Below, piece by piece: positions 9,537-18,726 of a stretch of 64,000 bases of DNA; positions within the stretch are counted from its first letter, which is position 1; each line of letters opens with the position of its first letter. Origin of the DNA: Bacteroidota bacterium. GTDB taxonomy: Bacteria; Bacteroidota; Bacteroidia; Sphingobacteriales; Sphingobacteriaceae. Below the pieces are notes generated by a model. The model worked only from the letters and a program-made list of their open reading frames with translations, was not told where the DNA came from and made no database searches. Made by a program: the position numbers and the translations under genes. The stretch lies in assembly GCA_040388175.1 (NCBI GenBank), contig JAZKCG010000004.1:45160-109159 (forward strand), written 5' to 3'.

Positions 9537-10865
9537 TTAGTGTTTACGCGCTTTGTGCTTTTTAACGGCGCTGTGTTTGGCTACCGGTTCTTTCTTATGT
9601 TTTTTAACGGGCTGTTTTTTCTTTTCTACAATAGGGGCCTGTGCCTGTTCATCCTCTTCCTCGCCGTCGCGGCCGTAAGCCCCCGCACGTACTACGGGCA
9701 TGCCGGTCATTTTAAACAGATCATCAAGATGTAGCAGGCTGCCGTTGGCCATATTATCCAGCAATATAATTACTACGTCTTCCTTCATATCGCGCAGAAA
9801 GTTATGGCGAAAGCCATGCCACCAGCCGGTGTGATAAACCACTTTCTCGTTAGGAGCCTCAAACAAATGCCAGCCGTAACCATACCCAAAATGACCGTTC
9901 TTTAACGGAACACGGTTGGTATAAGCCGAATCCTGCGTGGCTTGTTTAATGAGCATTCCGGCACGCAGCGCACGATCGAATATAAAAAGATCGCCCACGG
10001 TGCTATAAATACCTTTATCGCCAACGGGTCCATCCAGGTAGTTTTGTGCTACCGAGTACCGCCAGCTGTTACGATCGTGCCCCAATACCTTGGTGGGTAT
10101 TTTATCGTAAGTGGCCTTGGAGTATACATTGGTATGCTTCATGCCGGCGGGCAGAAAAATGTTCTGCATCATATAATCGGCGTACGACATATGTGCAGCC
10201 TTCTCTATAATAGAGCCCAGCACCATAAAATTGGAGTTGTTGTAATGGTAACCTTTGTCGGGCACGTTATAACGTGCGGGTTTGTACTGGGCCAGTAAGT
10301 CCATCATTTGCTGGTTGGTAACCCCCTTTTTCTGGTCGCGGTGTTCTTTGCGGAAAACATCGTCGATAGCATATACATAGTTGGGCAGGCCCGAGCGGTG
10401 CGTAAGCAGCATGCGGATGGTTACGCCATGATATGGAAAATTGGGGAAAAACTGCTGCACGGAATCTTCAAGGCGCAGCTTACCCCGTTCCATTAACTGC
10501 AGAATGGCGGTAGCAGTCATAGTTTTACTGATGGACGCCAGTTCAAACTGAGAGTTAAGCGTCAGGCTGTCCTGGTGCGGGTAGTTAGCCCAGCCGAATG
10601 CATTTTGGTAAACTATCTTTCCTTTTTTTGCCACCAGTACGTTACCGTTAAAACCGGCTGCCGTATGCAGGTGCTGCATAAAAGCATCTATCTGTTTATC
10701 CGCATTTTTAGGGTTATAAGCCAGCAAAGCCTTAGTATCTAACGGTTTACTTTTGTCGCCGCCCCCAAGTAAAGAATTTTCATTATCGCCCGATTTTGAC
10801 GAGCATGATGCCAATAAAAGTAAGGCGGTGGTAAATGTTAGCAGGCTGTATTTCACTAATCTCAT
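9537..10865 (-). CDS. Serine hydrolase (class C beta-lactamase/PBP-like) lipoprotein
   Basis: SISK (SxxK), YNN and HTG motifs; LLASC lipobox; K/H-rich C-terminal tail. Confidence 0.88.
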   Translation of the reverse strand: MRLVKYSLLTFTTALLLLASCSSKSGDNENSLLGGGDKSKPLDTKALLAYNPKNADKQIDAFMQHLHTAAGFNGNVLVAKKGKIVYQNAFGWANYPHQDSLTLNSQFELASISKTMTATAILQLMERGKLRLEDSVQQFFPNFPYHGVTIRMLLTHRSGLPNYVYAIDDVFRKEHRDQKKGVTNQQMMDLLAQYKPARYNVPDKGYHYNNSNFMVLGSIIEKAAHMSYADYMMQNIFLPAGMKHTNVYSKATYDKIPTKVLGHDRNSWRYSVAQNYLDGPVGDKGIYSTVGDLFIFDRALRAGMLIKQATQDSAYTNRVPLKNGHFGYGYGWHLFEAPNEKVVYHTGWWHGFRHNFLRDMKEDVVIILLDNMANGSLLHLDDLFKMTGMPVVRAGAYGRDGEEEDEQAQAPIVEKKKQPVKKHKKEPVAKHSAVKKHKARKH

Positions 10866-11003
10866 AAATATATACTATCTCAATAAACGACTGCGAAAAT
10901 TGGAAATTATAACCCATGCCGGAATTAAAGTTTTAAACATTTTTATTGTTTTAGTTAATAACGTTGCTAAATTTAAAAAAGCAACCAATCACCTAAATTA
11001 TAT

Positions 11004-12038
11004 ATGAAAACTTATCACAAGCCATTCTTAACATTAGTACTGTTCTTTTGTTCGGCAATAACTTTCGCGCAGGACAACCAGGCCATGACATTAATGAAAG
11101 AAGGCACTGCCCTACACGATGCAAAAAAATATGATGAAGCCCTTGCCAAGTACGACGCGGCCCTTAAAATAGAACCTAACAATACCACGGTGTTATATGA
11201 AAAAGCGTTTACCTTATCCGTCTCAGGAAAACTTAATGATGCCATGCCGATATTAGAAAAACTTGCAATAACCGAACCTACGCCACGGGTATATGCTTTG
11301 TTAGCCAATATTTATGATGACCGCAAGCTTTACGATAAATCAATAACCTATTATAATAAAGGGATTGCCCTTGAGCCACGGGATGCTAACCTCAGGTTTA
11401 ACCTGAGTATATCCTACCTTTTGCAAAAGAAATATCCTGAGGCGGAAGCAGCAGCTACCGAAGCTATAAAATTAAACCCTAAACACGCCAGCAGCCACCG
11501 TGCCTATGCCATTGCTACTTATAACGAGGGTAAGCATGTAAATTCTATCATGGCCTGGTGCAACTTTTTGATCATTGAACCGCAAACACAACGATCTATA
11601 GAGGCATTAACCTATATAAAACATATGCTATACTTCAATGTTAAAGAAAATACCATGAAGATAGGAGGAACAGATGAGCTAACAACAGGGCAACAATTGG
11701 GTATAGCTTTAGCTGTAAATACAAGTTTAATCATCAGCAAAAATGCAGACGGCAATAATAGCGCTAAGGTTAGTTCGTTAGATTCACTAACAGGGCCATT
11801 ACCTGCAATATTTAAGTTAACATTCGAAAAGGATGAGCCCACCAACACCCTGTTTTTTAAGAAATATTACGCCAAATTTTTTAGCGATTTGGCAAACAGT
11901 GGCTATATGCAGGCCTTCGGCCGTTACATAACCATCAGCGCTTTCAGGAACGACAATATTGCCTGGCTAAAAGAACACCAGGACAACCTTAAAGCCTTAA
12001 CTACCTGGGTAAATACTTATAAACGAGAAACAGAATAA
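11004..12038 (+). CDS. Exported TPR protein (paralog 1)
   Basis: Signal peptide and repeated TPR-like helices (ALAKYDAALKIEPNN, YYNKGIALEPRDANLRFNL). Confidence 0.8.
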   Translation: MKTYHKPFLTLVLFFCSAITFAQDNQAMTLMKEGTALHDAKKYDEALAKYDAALKIEPNNTTVLYEKAFTLSVSGKLNDAMPILEKLAITEPTPRVYALLANIYDDRKLYDKSITYYNKGIALEPRDANLRFNLSISYLLQKKYPEAEAAATEAIKLNPKHASSHRAYAIATYNEGKHVNSIMAWCNFLIIEPQTQRSIEALTYIKHMLYFNVKENTMKIGGTDELTTGQQLGIALAVNTSLIISKNADGNNSAKVSSLDSLTGPLPAIFKLTFEKDEPTNTLFFKKYYAKFFSDLANSGYMQAFGRYITISAFRNDNIAWLKEHQDNLKALTTWVNTYKRETE

Positions 12039-12039
12039 T

Positions 12040-12918
12040 ATGCTTCTAAAAAAACTTTGCGCCACATTACTATTGCTACTGCTTTTTACAGCGCCACTTT
12101 TAGCACAAGATGCCGACGACCCTGCCACCAACTACAAAACCGCGCTGGAACTGGTTAATGCCAACAAGGGCACAGAAGGTATACCCTACCTGGAGAAAGT
12201 AATTAAAACCCAGTCCAACTATACCAACGCGGCTTATAGTTTATTGGGTGGTATTTATGACAAGGCGCTGCAACCAGAAAAAGCCATAACAGTTTATAAA
12301 GAAGGGCTAAAAGCCTTCCCGCAGGACCAAAACCTGTATTTTAATTTAGGCATAGCCGATTTTAGAGCTAAGTTGTACACGGATGCCGAACTGGCCGCTA
12401 TCGAAGCTATTAAACTGGACCCTAAACACGCCAACAGTCAGCGGTTATACGGGTTGGTGACTTTCCACCAAAACAAGCGTTTAAACGCGTTGCTGGCTTT
12501 CTGTAGTTTTTTACTGTTAGAACCAAACGGTCCGCGCACCGAAGAAGCAACTACCAATATGCAAAGCATTTTAAAAGGAGGCGTATTAAAAGCAGACGGA
12601 CCGGGCAAAGCATCGCCTGCTGATGCTAAAGAGATAACCGCAGGCAACGCTATCATAGCAAACGCCATAGCATCTGCCCAGGCTAAAAACCTTACAGGTA
12701 CCGCCTTATTAGCCTATCAGCTTAAAACTATCTTTACCCAGGCCGGACTGGCATCTGCCAAAAAAACCAACAGAAGCTTCTTTGATAAATTTTATGCCGA
12801 TTACTTTTACAAGCTGGCACAAAGCGGCAACCTGCTGGCATTTGTGAAATTGGTGGATAATAAAACAGAAGATGCGGGATTGAGTGATTGGATTAAGGGA
12901 ACGGAGCGTGGGTTTTAA
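12040..12918 (+). CDS. Exported TPR protein (paralog 2)
   Basis: Signal peptide; shares EAIKL.PKHA and FF.K.YA..F..LA.SG blocks with paralog 1. Confidence 0.8.
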   Translation: MLLKKLCATLLLLLLFTAPLLAQDADDPATNYKTALELVNANKGTEGIPYLEKVIKTQSNYTNAAYSLLGGIYDKALQPEKAITVYKEGLKAFPQDQNLYFNLGIADFRAKLYTDAELAAIEAIKLDPKHANSQRLYGLVTFHQNKRLNALLAFCSFLLLEPNGPRTEEATTNMQSILKGGVLKADGPGKASPADAKEITAGNAIIANAIASAQAKNLTGTALLAYQLKTIFTQAGLASAKKTNRSFFDKFYADYFYKLAQSGNLLAFVKLVDNKTEDAGLSDWIKGTERGF

Positions 12919-12928
12919 GATATCTAAT

Positions 12929-13037
12929 GTCCCCTCAGGGTCTTCCAACGGAGACCCTGAGGTAGCACAATGCAAAACGCAGGGTCCTCTGCGAGAGACC
13001 CTGCGGGGACAAAAAAACTGCGAGAGCCCCTGCTGAC
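12929..13037. repeat. REP-like double hairpin (CAGGGTC/GACCCTG family)
   Basis: Stems CCTCAGGGTCT/AGACCCTGAGG and CGCAGGGTC/GACCCTGCG are bounded by GTCCCC...GGGGAC; a degenerate third unit is at 13018-13037. Confidence 0.75.
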
Positions 13038-13087
13038 ACAGAGACATATTTATTAACCTCATGGTGGCGCTATATTGTCAGTAATTC

Positions 13088-13192
13088 TGTTTCATTCTGT
13101 TTCACTCCATTTTTATTAAGTATTCATTTACAGCACATTGAACTAAAATCCTGTTTCATCTGTTTCACTTGTTTCATATTTTCGCTGAAACA
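13088..13192. repeat. TGTTTCA heptamer cluster
   Basis: Copies at 13088, 13098, 13152, 13161 and 13170; inverted copy TGAAACA at 13186. Confidence 0.75.
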
Positions 13193-13282
13193 AGCGTTCT
13201 GATAAATATCGCTGCAAAGCTTTAGCTTAATAAATATGTTTAATATCTTAACGCACTGTAATAACATCATAGATCAGCATAT

Positions 13283-15337
13283 TTGCGCGTGAATAAGAAA
13301 CACCTTTGGGCCTGTATATTAATAATGGTGCTGTTATGCACCATTACTTACCTGAACCATTTTGAAAATGCCTTTCATTTTGATGATTCGCATACCATAC
13401 AAAACAACGCCTATATCCGCGATCTGCATAATATACCCCTGTATTTTAAGGATGGGCGCACCAGTAGCTCATTACCGCAAAACCAGTCGTACCGGCCGGT
13501 GGTATCTACCTCGCTGGCGTTCGACTATTGGCTGGGCGGTGGTTACAACCTGTTCTTCTTTCACTTGTCAACCTTTATACTGTTTCTATTACAGGGTATA
13601 TTAATGGTCTTCTTCTTTAAGAAGATCTTTAATACAGCTACGTCAAATACCAAGCTAGCCGCCTACACCGCATTGCTCACCGCTACCTGGTACCTGCTGC
13701 ACCCCGCCATTGCAGAAACGGTAAACTATATCATCGCTCGCGCCGATCTGCAATCTACCTTATGCGTATTGCTGGCTTTTGTGCTGTATATCTACTCGCC
13801 ATTCTGGCGCAAAACCTACCTGTACAACCTACCCATAGTTATTGGTACGCTGGCCAAACCACCCTCGGTCATCTTTGCTCCTTTGTTGTTCTTATACATC
13901 CTGTTGTTCGAGGAACAGTTAAGCCTTACGGATATATTCAGACGGGATAAGTTCAAACAGTTATTAGCGGTCATTAAAAGATCGGCACCGGCATTCATAG
14001 TTTGCCTGCTGATGTACTATTGGCAATCCATATTCACTCCAAAGACCTGGGAGGCTGGCGGCACCTCGCCCTTATCTTATTTAATCACCCAGCCGTTTGT
14101 GATGCTGCATTACTTTGCCATGCTGTTTGTACCCAACGCGCTAAGCGCCGATACCGACTGGCAACTATTACATAGCATTGCCGACTGGCGTTTCTTTGTG
14201 GGGATGACGTTTGTGCTGTCCATGATCGCGATAGCTTTCATTACTTCGCGCAAAGCACAGCTACGCCCTATAAGCTTCGGGATATTATGGTTCTTCCTGG
14301 CCTTACTACCCACATCAAGTATTATCCCGCTGGCCGAGGTATTGAATGACCATCGGATGTGCTTCCCGTTTGTGGGCTTAATTATCAGCGTGGTGTGGAC
14401 CATCGCCTTACTTATAAAAGCGTGGCTGCCCTTACAGGTAAAAAATGTCCGTATAACGCTTATGGTAGTTTTGGCATTAACACTTTCAGCTTACGCCTAC
14501 GGTACTTACCAAAGAAACGAAGTTTGGTATACCGAAGAAACCCTATGGCATGATGTTACCATAAAAAGCCCGGGCAACGGTCGTGGTTTAATGAACTATG
14601 GCCTGTCAAAAATGGCCAAAGGCGATTATGTTACTGCTGATATTTACTATCAAAAAGCATTAAAGCTATTACCCTATTACCCGAGCCTGTATATTAATAT
14701 GGGGATATTGAAAGCGGCCACAGGCCACGCCCATGAGGCCGAACGCTATTTTAAAACAGGCATAGCCTACGGCAACAGTCTGCCTGACGCTTATTTATTT
14801 TATGGCCGCTACTTAAAAGAGCAGAAGCGTTATTTTGAAGCTATCCCCCAGTTTGAAAAAGCTTTGATGCTATCGCCGGGGCACTTGTATGCTATTAACT
14901 TATTGATGGATACCTATCTCGAAATTGGCAATTGGGATGCGCTAAAAGAAATGGCAAACAATACTCTGCAAATATCGCCGGGCAATAAGGACGCGCTGTA
15001 TTACCTGGACGCGGCCAATAAAAAGACAAACAAATTAGATATAGAAGCCGACAAAGTAAAAGCAGCCCCAACTGCCCAAAAATACCTCGACCTGAGCTTG
15101 CAATATTACCAAACCGGTAAGTATCAACAATGTATTGACGCGGCCACACAAGCTATCCGCCTTAAACCGGATTATGCGGAGGCTTATAACAACATCGGCT
15201 CGGCGTATAACCTGTTGCAGCAGTACGACAAAGCTATTGCCGCTTTAAAAAAAGCAATAGCTTTAAAACCCGGTTTTCAATTGGCTAAGAACAACCTTAC
15301 ACAGGCACAACAAGAACTTGCCGGACAAAAGCATTAA
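13283..15337 (+). CDS. TMTC-like multi-TM GT-C-fold protein with C-terminal TPRs (putative protein O-glycosyl/mannosyltransferase)
   Basis: FHFDD, YRPV, LHP..AETVNYIIARAD and TYQRNEVW..EETLW blocks are followed by TPR repeats. Confidence 0.7.
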   Translation: MRVNKKHLWACILIMVLLCTITYLNHFENAFHFDDSHTIQNNAYIRDLHNIPLYFKDGRTSSSLPQNQSYRPVVSTSLAFDYWLGGGYNLFFFHLSTFILFLLQGILMVFFFKKIFNTATSNTKLAAYTALLTATWYLLHPAIAETVNYIIARADLQSTLCVLLAFVLYIYSPFWRKTYLYNLPIVIGTLAKPPSVIFAPLLFLYILLFEEQLSLTDIFRRDKFKQLLAVIKRSAPAFIVCLLMYYWQSIFTPKTWEAGGTSPLSYLITQPFVMLHYFAMLFVPNALSADTDWQLLHSIADWRFFVGMTFVLSMIAIAFITSRKAQLRPISFGILWFFLALLPTSSIIPLAEVLNDHRMCFPFVGLIISVVWTIALLIKAWLPLQVKNVRITLMVVLALTLSAYAYGTYQRNEVWYTEETLWHDVTIKSPGNGRGLMNYGLSKMAKGDYVTADIYYQKALKLLPYYPSLYINMGILKAATGHAHEAERYFKTGIAYGNSLPDAYLFYGRYLKEQKRYFEAIPQFEKALMLSPGHLYAINLLMDTYLEIGNWDALKEMANNTLQISPGNKDALYYLDAANKKTNKLDIEADKVKAAPTAQKYLDLSLQYYQTGKYQQCIDAATQAIRLKPDYAEAYNNIGSAYNLLQQYDKAIAALKKAIALKPGFQLAKNNLTQAQQELAGQKH

Positions 15338-15415
15338 CGGTAAGTGTTACTTTTTAGTTGCCCCTACAAGAAAATGGCAGATCTTTTCATCATACCGCAC
15401 AATGAGTATGCTTCT

Positions 15416-16231
15416 TTATACCTCTGCCATTTCATGGATCTCTTTTACAATCTCATCTAATTTTTGTGTGGTAATGATCATATTATCAACAACCACCGCA
15501 TTGTCCTCGTCTTTAGGATCATCGCGGTTAAACAATTGGCCAAGACCAAGCAATGTGGCCACCTGTGCTCTGACTTTGTGCGATTGTATCCAGGCAATTT
15601 TTCTTAAACGTACGTTTTGCAGTTTAACTTTTCCTAATTGCTTATTGATCTGCAGGAAAGATAAAATGGTAATAATTGATGCAGAAATGATCAACGTAAT
15701 GATCCAGTAATGCAGACGTTCAAGCGAGGCCTGTGCCGCTTTTACATCGGCTATAGATTCACGCTCTAACCCGGCTATCTCTGTGTCAAAAAACGTTTGT
15801 ATGACCGTAATATTTTTGATATGCTTATCGCGATCATCATATTGCTGTGTATCGGTCGAATCAACATTCATCAACCAGTCTTCTTCGGTATTGATCTGTT
15901 TTGCTAAGGTATCCAGTTTTATTTGGGTTTCATCCGGAACCAGCCGTTTAAGTTGTAACATGTCAAAACTTATTTCCCACAACCCCTTTCCGTAAGTATG
16001 AACATAAGCTTGCGAAGGGCTGTTTTTATAAGTAGAGATGTAAATGATGGCGTTTTTAAAATCGTTTGATACCTTTTGGTACTTACCTACCAGGTTTTCG
16101 GTCCTGATAACCGCATCATTTGATTGAACCAATAAATTATAGTTTTTTTGAGTAAGATAAATCACCGCAGTAAGCATAATAATAATGATTATGCCTAAAA
16201 ACAGATTGTTCTTACTTTCTTTCTTTTCCAT
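15416..16231 (-). CDS. Membrane sensor with a DHp/HisKA-like helix pair but no HATPase domain
   Basis: Two TM segments flank a helical extracytoplasmic region; the H-box-like IAWIQSHKVRAQVATLLGL is ~45 aa from the C-terminus. Confidence 0.7.
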   Translation of the reverse strand: MEKKESKNNLFLGIIIIIMLTAVIYLTQKNYNLLVQSNDAVIRTENLVGKYQKVSNDFKNAIIYISTYKNSPSQAYVHTYGKGLWEISFDMLQLKRLVPDETQIKLDTLAKQINTEEDWLMNVDSTDTQQYDDRDKHIKNITVIQTFFDTEIAGLERESIADVKAAQASLERLHYWIITLIISASIITILSFLQINKQLGKVKLQNVRLRKIAWIQSHKVRAQVATLLGLGQLFNRDDPKDEDNAVVVDNMIITTQKLDEIVKEIHEMAEV

Positions 16232-16451
16232 TATGTATTAAAGCAGGGGTATAATTGGATTTAAATTTAGGCATTGATTGTTACAATTTAGTTACAATCA
16301 CCTCTAAATAACGTAAATTATATCATTTATAGTGGTTTGACATTCATAAACGTTAATAACGTTAACATATGTTTGAAATTATTGCTTGTTCGGTATTTTA
16401 TCTACCCTCCATTTTAGTATATTTACCCCACAAACTTAAAACTTGTTGCCA

Positions 16452-16862
16452 ATGAGTACTTTATTTGTATTAGATGATGACCCTCTGTTTCATCGCATCA
16501 TTGAATTGGCGCATGCTAAGTCAAGCCTCTATAGACATATATCTCACCACTACGAAGTTAAGCCGCTCATTAATTATTTATGGAACAACAGGCAGGACCG
16601 CTCTAATTTGCCTGATGTTTTATTTGTTGACCTTAATATACCCGTTGTTGACGGCTGGGAGTTCCTTGACGAACTGGATAAGATCTATTCCAAATTGTGT
16701 AAAAACATCATGGTGTATGTAATTTCAGTATCTGTTAGAAAAGAAGATCAGATCAGAGCCACCCAATATCCTTGTGTACAAGAGTTTATCATTAAGCCTG
16801 TTAATATGGATAAACTAAGAGCCATAGCCAAACAAAACACCCAGTTTAATTTAAACGAATAG
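16452..16862 (+). CDS. Single-domain response regulator (receiver)
   Basis: LDDD acidic pocket, FVDLNIP phospho-Asp and FIIKP lysine. Confidence 0.9.
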   Translation: MSTLFVLDDDPLFHRIIELAHAKSSLYRHISHHYEVKPLINYLWNNRQDRSNLPDVLFVDLNIPVVDGWEFLDELDKIYSKLCKNIMVYVISVSVRKEDQIRATQYPCVQEFIIKPVNMDKLRAIAKQNTQFNLNE

Positions 16863-16879
16863 TTATTGGATGATACCAA

Positions 16880-17593
16880 TTGGTTTTAAGAGATAATAAT
16901 ACGTATCTTATCCATCGTGTTATTAACCAGTTTGATATTAAAACCAATAATGCCGTGCATAAACTGATCCTGGTATTTCTATTCTTTACCCACTATACCT
17001 TCGCGCAAACCGATGACTGGACACTAAGAGAAAACAATAACGGCGTACAGATATTTACGCGCAACATAGCCAATTCGAAAATTAAGGCGATAAAAGTTGA
17101 GTGTCACCTCGACGCATCTCTATCGCAAGTCGTATCCGCACTAATGGATATCAAGAATAGCGAAGAATGGCTATACCATACAGCAGGGAATTATTTGATA
17201 AAGCAGGTATCAGCCTCAGAGCTATACTATTATTCGCTGGTTGAAATGCCCTGGCCGGTAAGCAACCGCGATTTTATTGCCCATCTAAAAGTAACGCAGG
17301 ACGAAGCCACCAAGACCGTAACTATTGATGCTCCTTGCATACCTGATATGGTACCGGTAAAAGCGGGTATTGTGCGTATAGCTAATTCAAAAGGCAAATG
17401 GATAATTACACCTGTAAATAATAACCAGGTAAAGATCCTTTATACATTACACGCCGACCCGGGAGGTAGTATACCTTCATGGCTTACAAACCTTTTTGTA
17501 ACACAAGGACCATCACAAAGCTTTAAAAAATTCAAGCAGCACATCCAAAAACCGGTCTATAAAAATGCACGGCTGGATTATATCGTGAATTAA
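16880..17593 (+). CDS. START/SRPBCC lipid-binding domain protein
   Basis: W.LR....GVQIFTR, MPWPVSNRDF and HADPGGSIPSWLTN motifs. The true start may be the GTG at 16955. Confidence 0.85.
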   Translation: MVLRDNNTYLIHRVINQFDIKTNNAVHKLILVFLFFTHYTFAQTDDWTLRENNNGVQIFTRNIANSKIKAIKVECHLDASLSQVVSALMDIKNSEEWLYHTAGNYLIKQVSASELYYYSLVEMPWPVSNRDFIAHLKVTQDEATKTVTIDAPCIPDMVPVKAGIVRIANSKGKWIITPVNNNQVKILYTLHADPGGSIPSWLTNLFVTQGPSQSFKKFKQHIQKPVYKNARLDYIVN

Positions 17594-17594
17594 A

Positions 17595-17625
17595 TATAGC
17601 GATGGATTTAAGGCCCATCGCTATA
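17595..17625. terminator. Hairpin between the convergent START and MFP genes
   Basis: 11-bp stem TATAGCGATGG/CCATCGCTATA. Confidence 0.6.
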
Positions 17626-17637
17626 AGATCAAAAACA

Positions 17638-18723
17638 TTACTGTTGGACACTGTCTCCATCCTTCACATCATCACCTGCTTTATTTAGTATTTTATCAGT
17701 TGCAGATAACTTACCAAATACCTCTGTTGAATCTTTACCTACCAGCCCTTCTTTGATATCTACCAATTTCGCCTTGTCGTTTTGAACGGTTACAATGTAT
17801 TTCCGTTCTGTTGACCGTACAATGGCACTATTAGGCACCAACAAAGATTTCGCACCAGATAACATAGGGATCTTTACCTCTGCATACATGCCCGGTTTAA
17901 GCTGACCATTGTTGCTGATCACATCAATCTCAATAGCTTCCGATCGCATACCGCCTAAACTGTTAGCAGAGCGGCTTATTTTAGCCGTATGCTCAACACC
18001 CGGCATGGCATTAAATACAAAATTTACCTTTTGTTTCAAATCAACCTTATCTACATAGTTTTCAGGGATGGCTACTTCTAACCGTAGCTTATGGGTGTCC
18101 TGTAGTGCCAGCATGGGCTGATCTGTAGTCTTACCCGGAGCGACCAAAGCGCCGGGCGAAACATTGCGTTCTACAATAGTACCATCGAACGGGGCATAAA
18201 TCCGCAGGTAACCCTGCATAGTTTTTACAGACGCCATATTTGACCTTTCTGCCTGTGCGATAGCATTATCAGCCTTCATACGTGATACCGCGTTATCCAG
18301 TTCGAGTGGTGATACCGAACCGGGCTCTTGCGCGGCTTGCTTTAAACGCTCATATTTCTCCTTACTGGCGGTAGCTGTTTCCTGTGCCTGTAAATAGCGT
18401 GAATTGGCTGCCTGTAGCTGTGATTCCATTTCCGGGGCTTCCAGCGTAAGCAAGAGCTGACCTTTTCTTACTTCTGATCCACGGTCTACATAAATTTGTT
18501 TGACAAAACCATTTACTTTGGGAAACAGGTTTACTTCATTAAACGGGTTCAATACTCCCGGCAAGCGGGCATAGCTTGATAATGCCTTTTCGGTAATGCT
18601 GCCTATCTCGTATTTTTTTGCTACCGATGACTTAGCTTGGGTAAGGTCGACCGGTTTTTCATTACCGCCGCAGGCTGCTAAAAAGCCGGTAAGTATGCCT
18701 AATATAATTAATTGATTTTTCAT
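17638..18723 (-). CDS. Efflux RND periplasmic adaptor (MFP) lipoprotein
   Basis: LAAC lipobox; PKVNGFVKQIYVDRG, IYAPFDG and LKPGMYA motifs. Confidence 0.93.
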   Translation of the reverse strand: MKNQLIILGILTGFLAACGGNEKPVDLTQAKSSVAKKYEIGSITEKALSSYARLPGVLNPFNEVNLFPKVNGFVKQIYVDRGSEVRKGQLLLTLEAPEMESQLQAANSRYLQAQETATASKEKYERLKQAAQEPGSVSPLELDNAVSRMKADNAIAQAERSNMASVKTMQGYLRIYAPFDGTIVERNVSPGALVAPGKTTDQPMLALQDTHKLRLEVAIPENYVDKVDLKQKVNFVFNAMPGVEHTAKISRSANSLGGMRSEAIEIDVISNNGQLKPGMYAEVKIPMLSGAKSLLVPNSAIVRSTERKYIVTVQNDKAKLVDIKEGLVGKDSTEVFGKLSATDKILNKAGDDVKDGDSVQQ

Positions 18724-18726
18724 GTT

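Noticed and set aside
12709-13062. 117-aa minus-strand ORF
   Set aside because: It is a read-through of REP hairpins and is antisense to the TPR gene.
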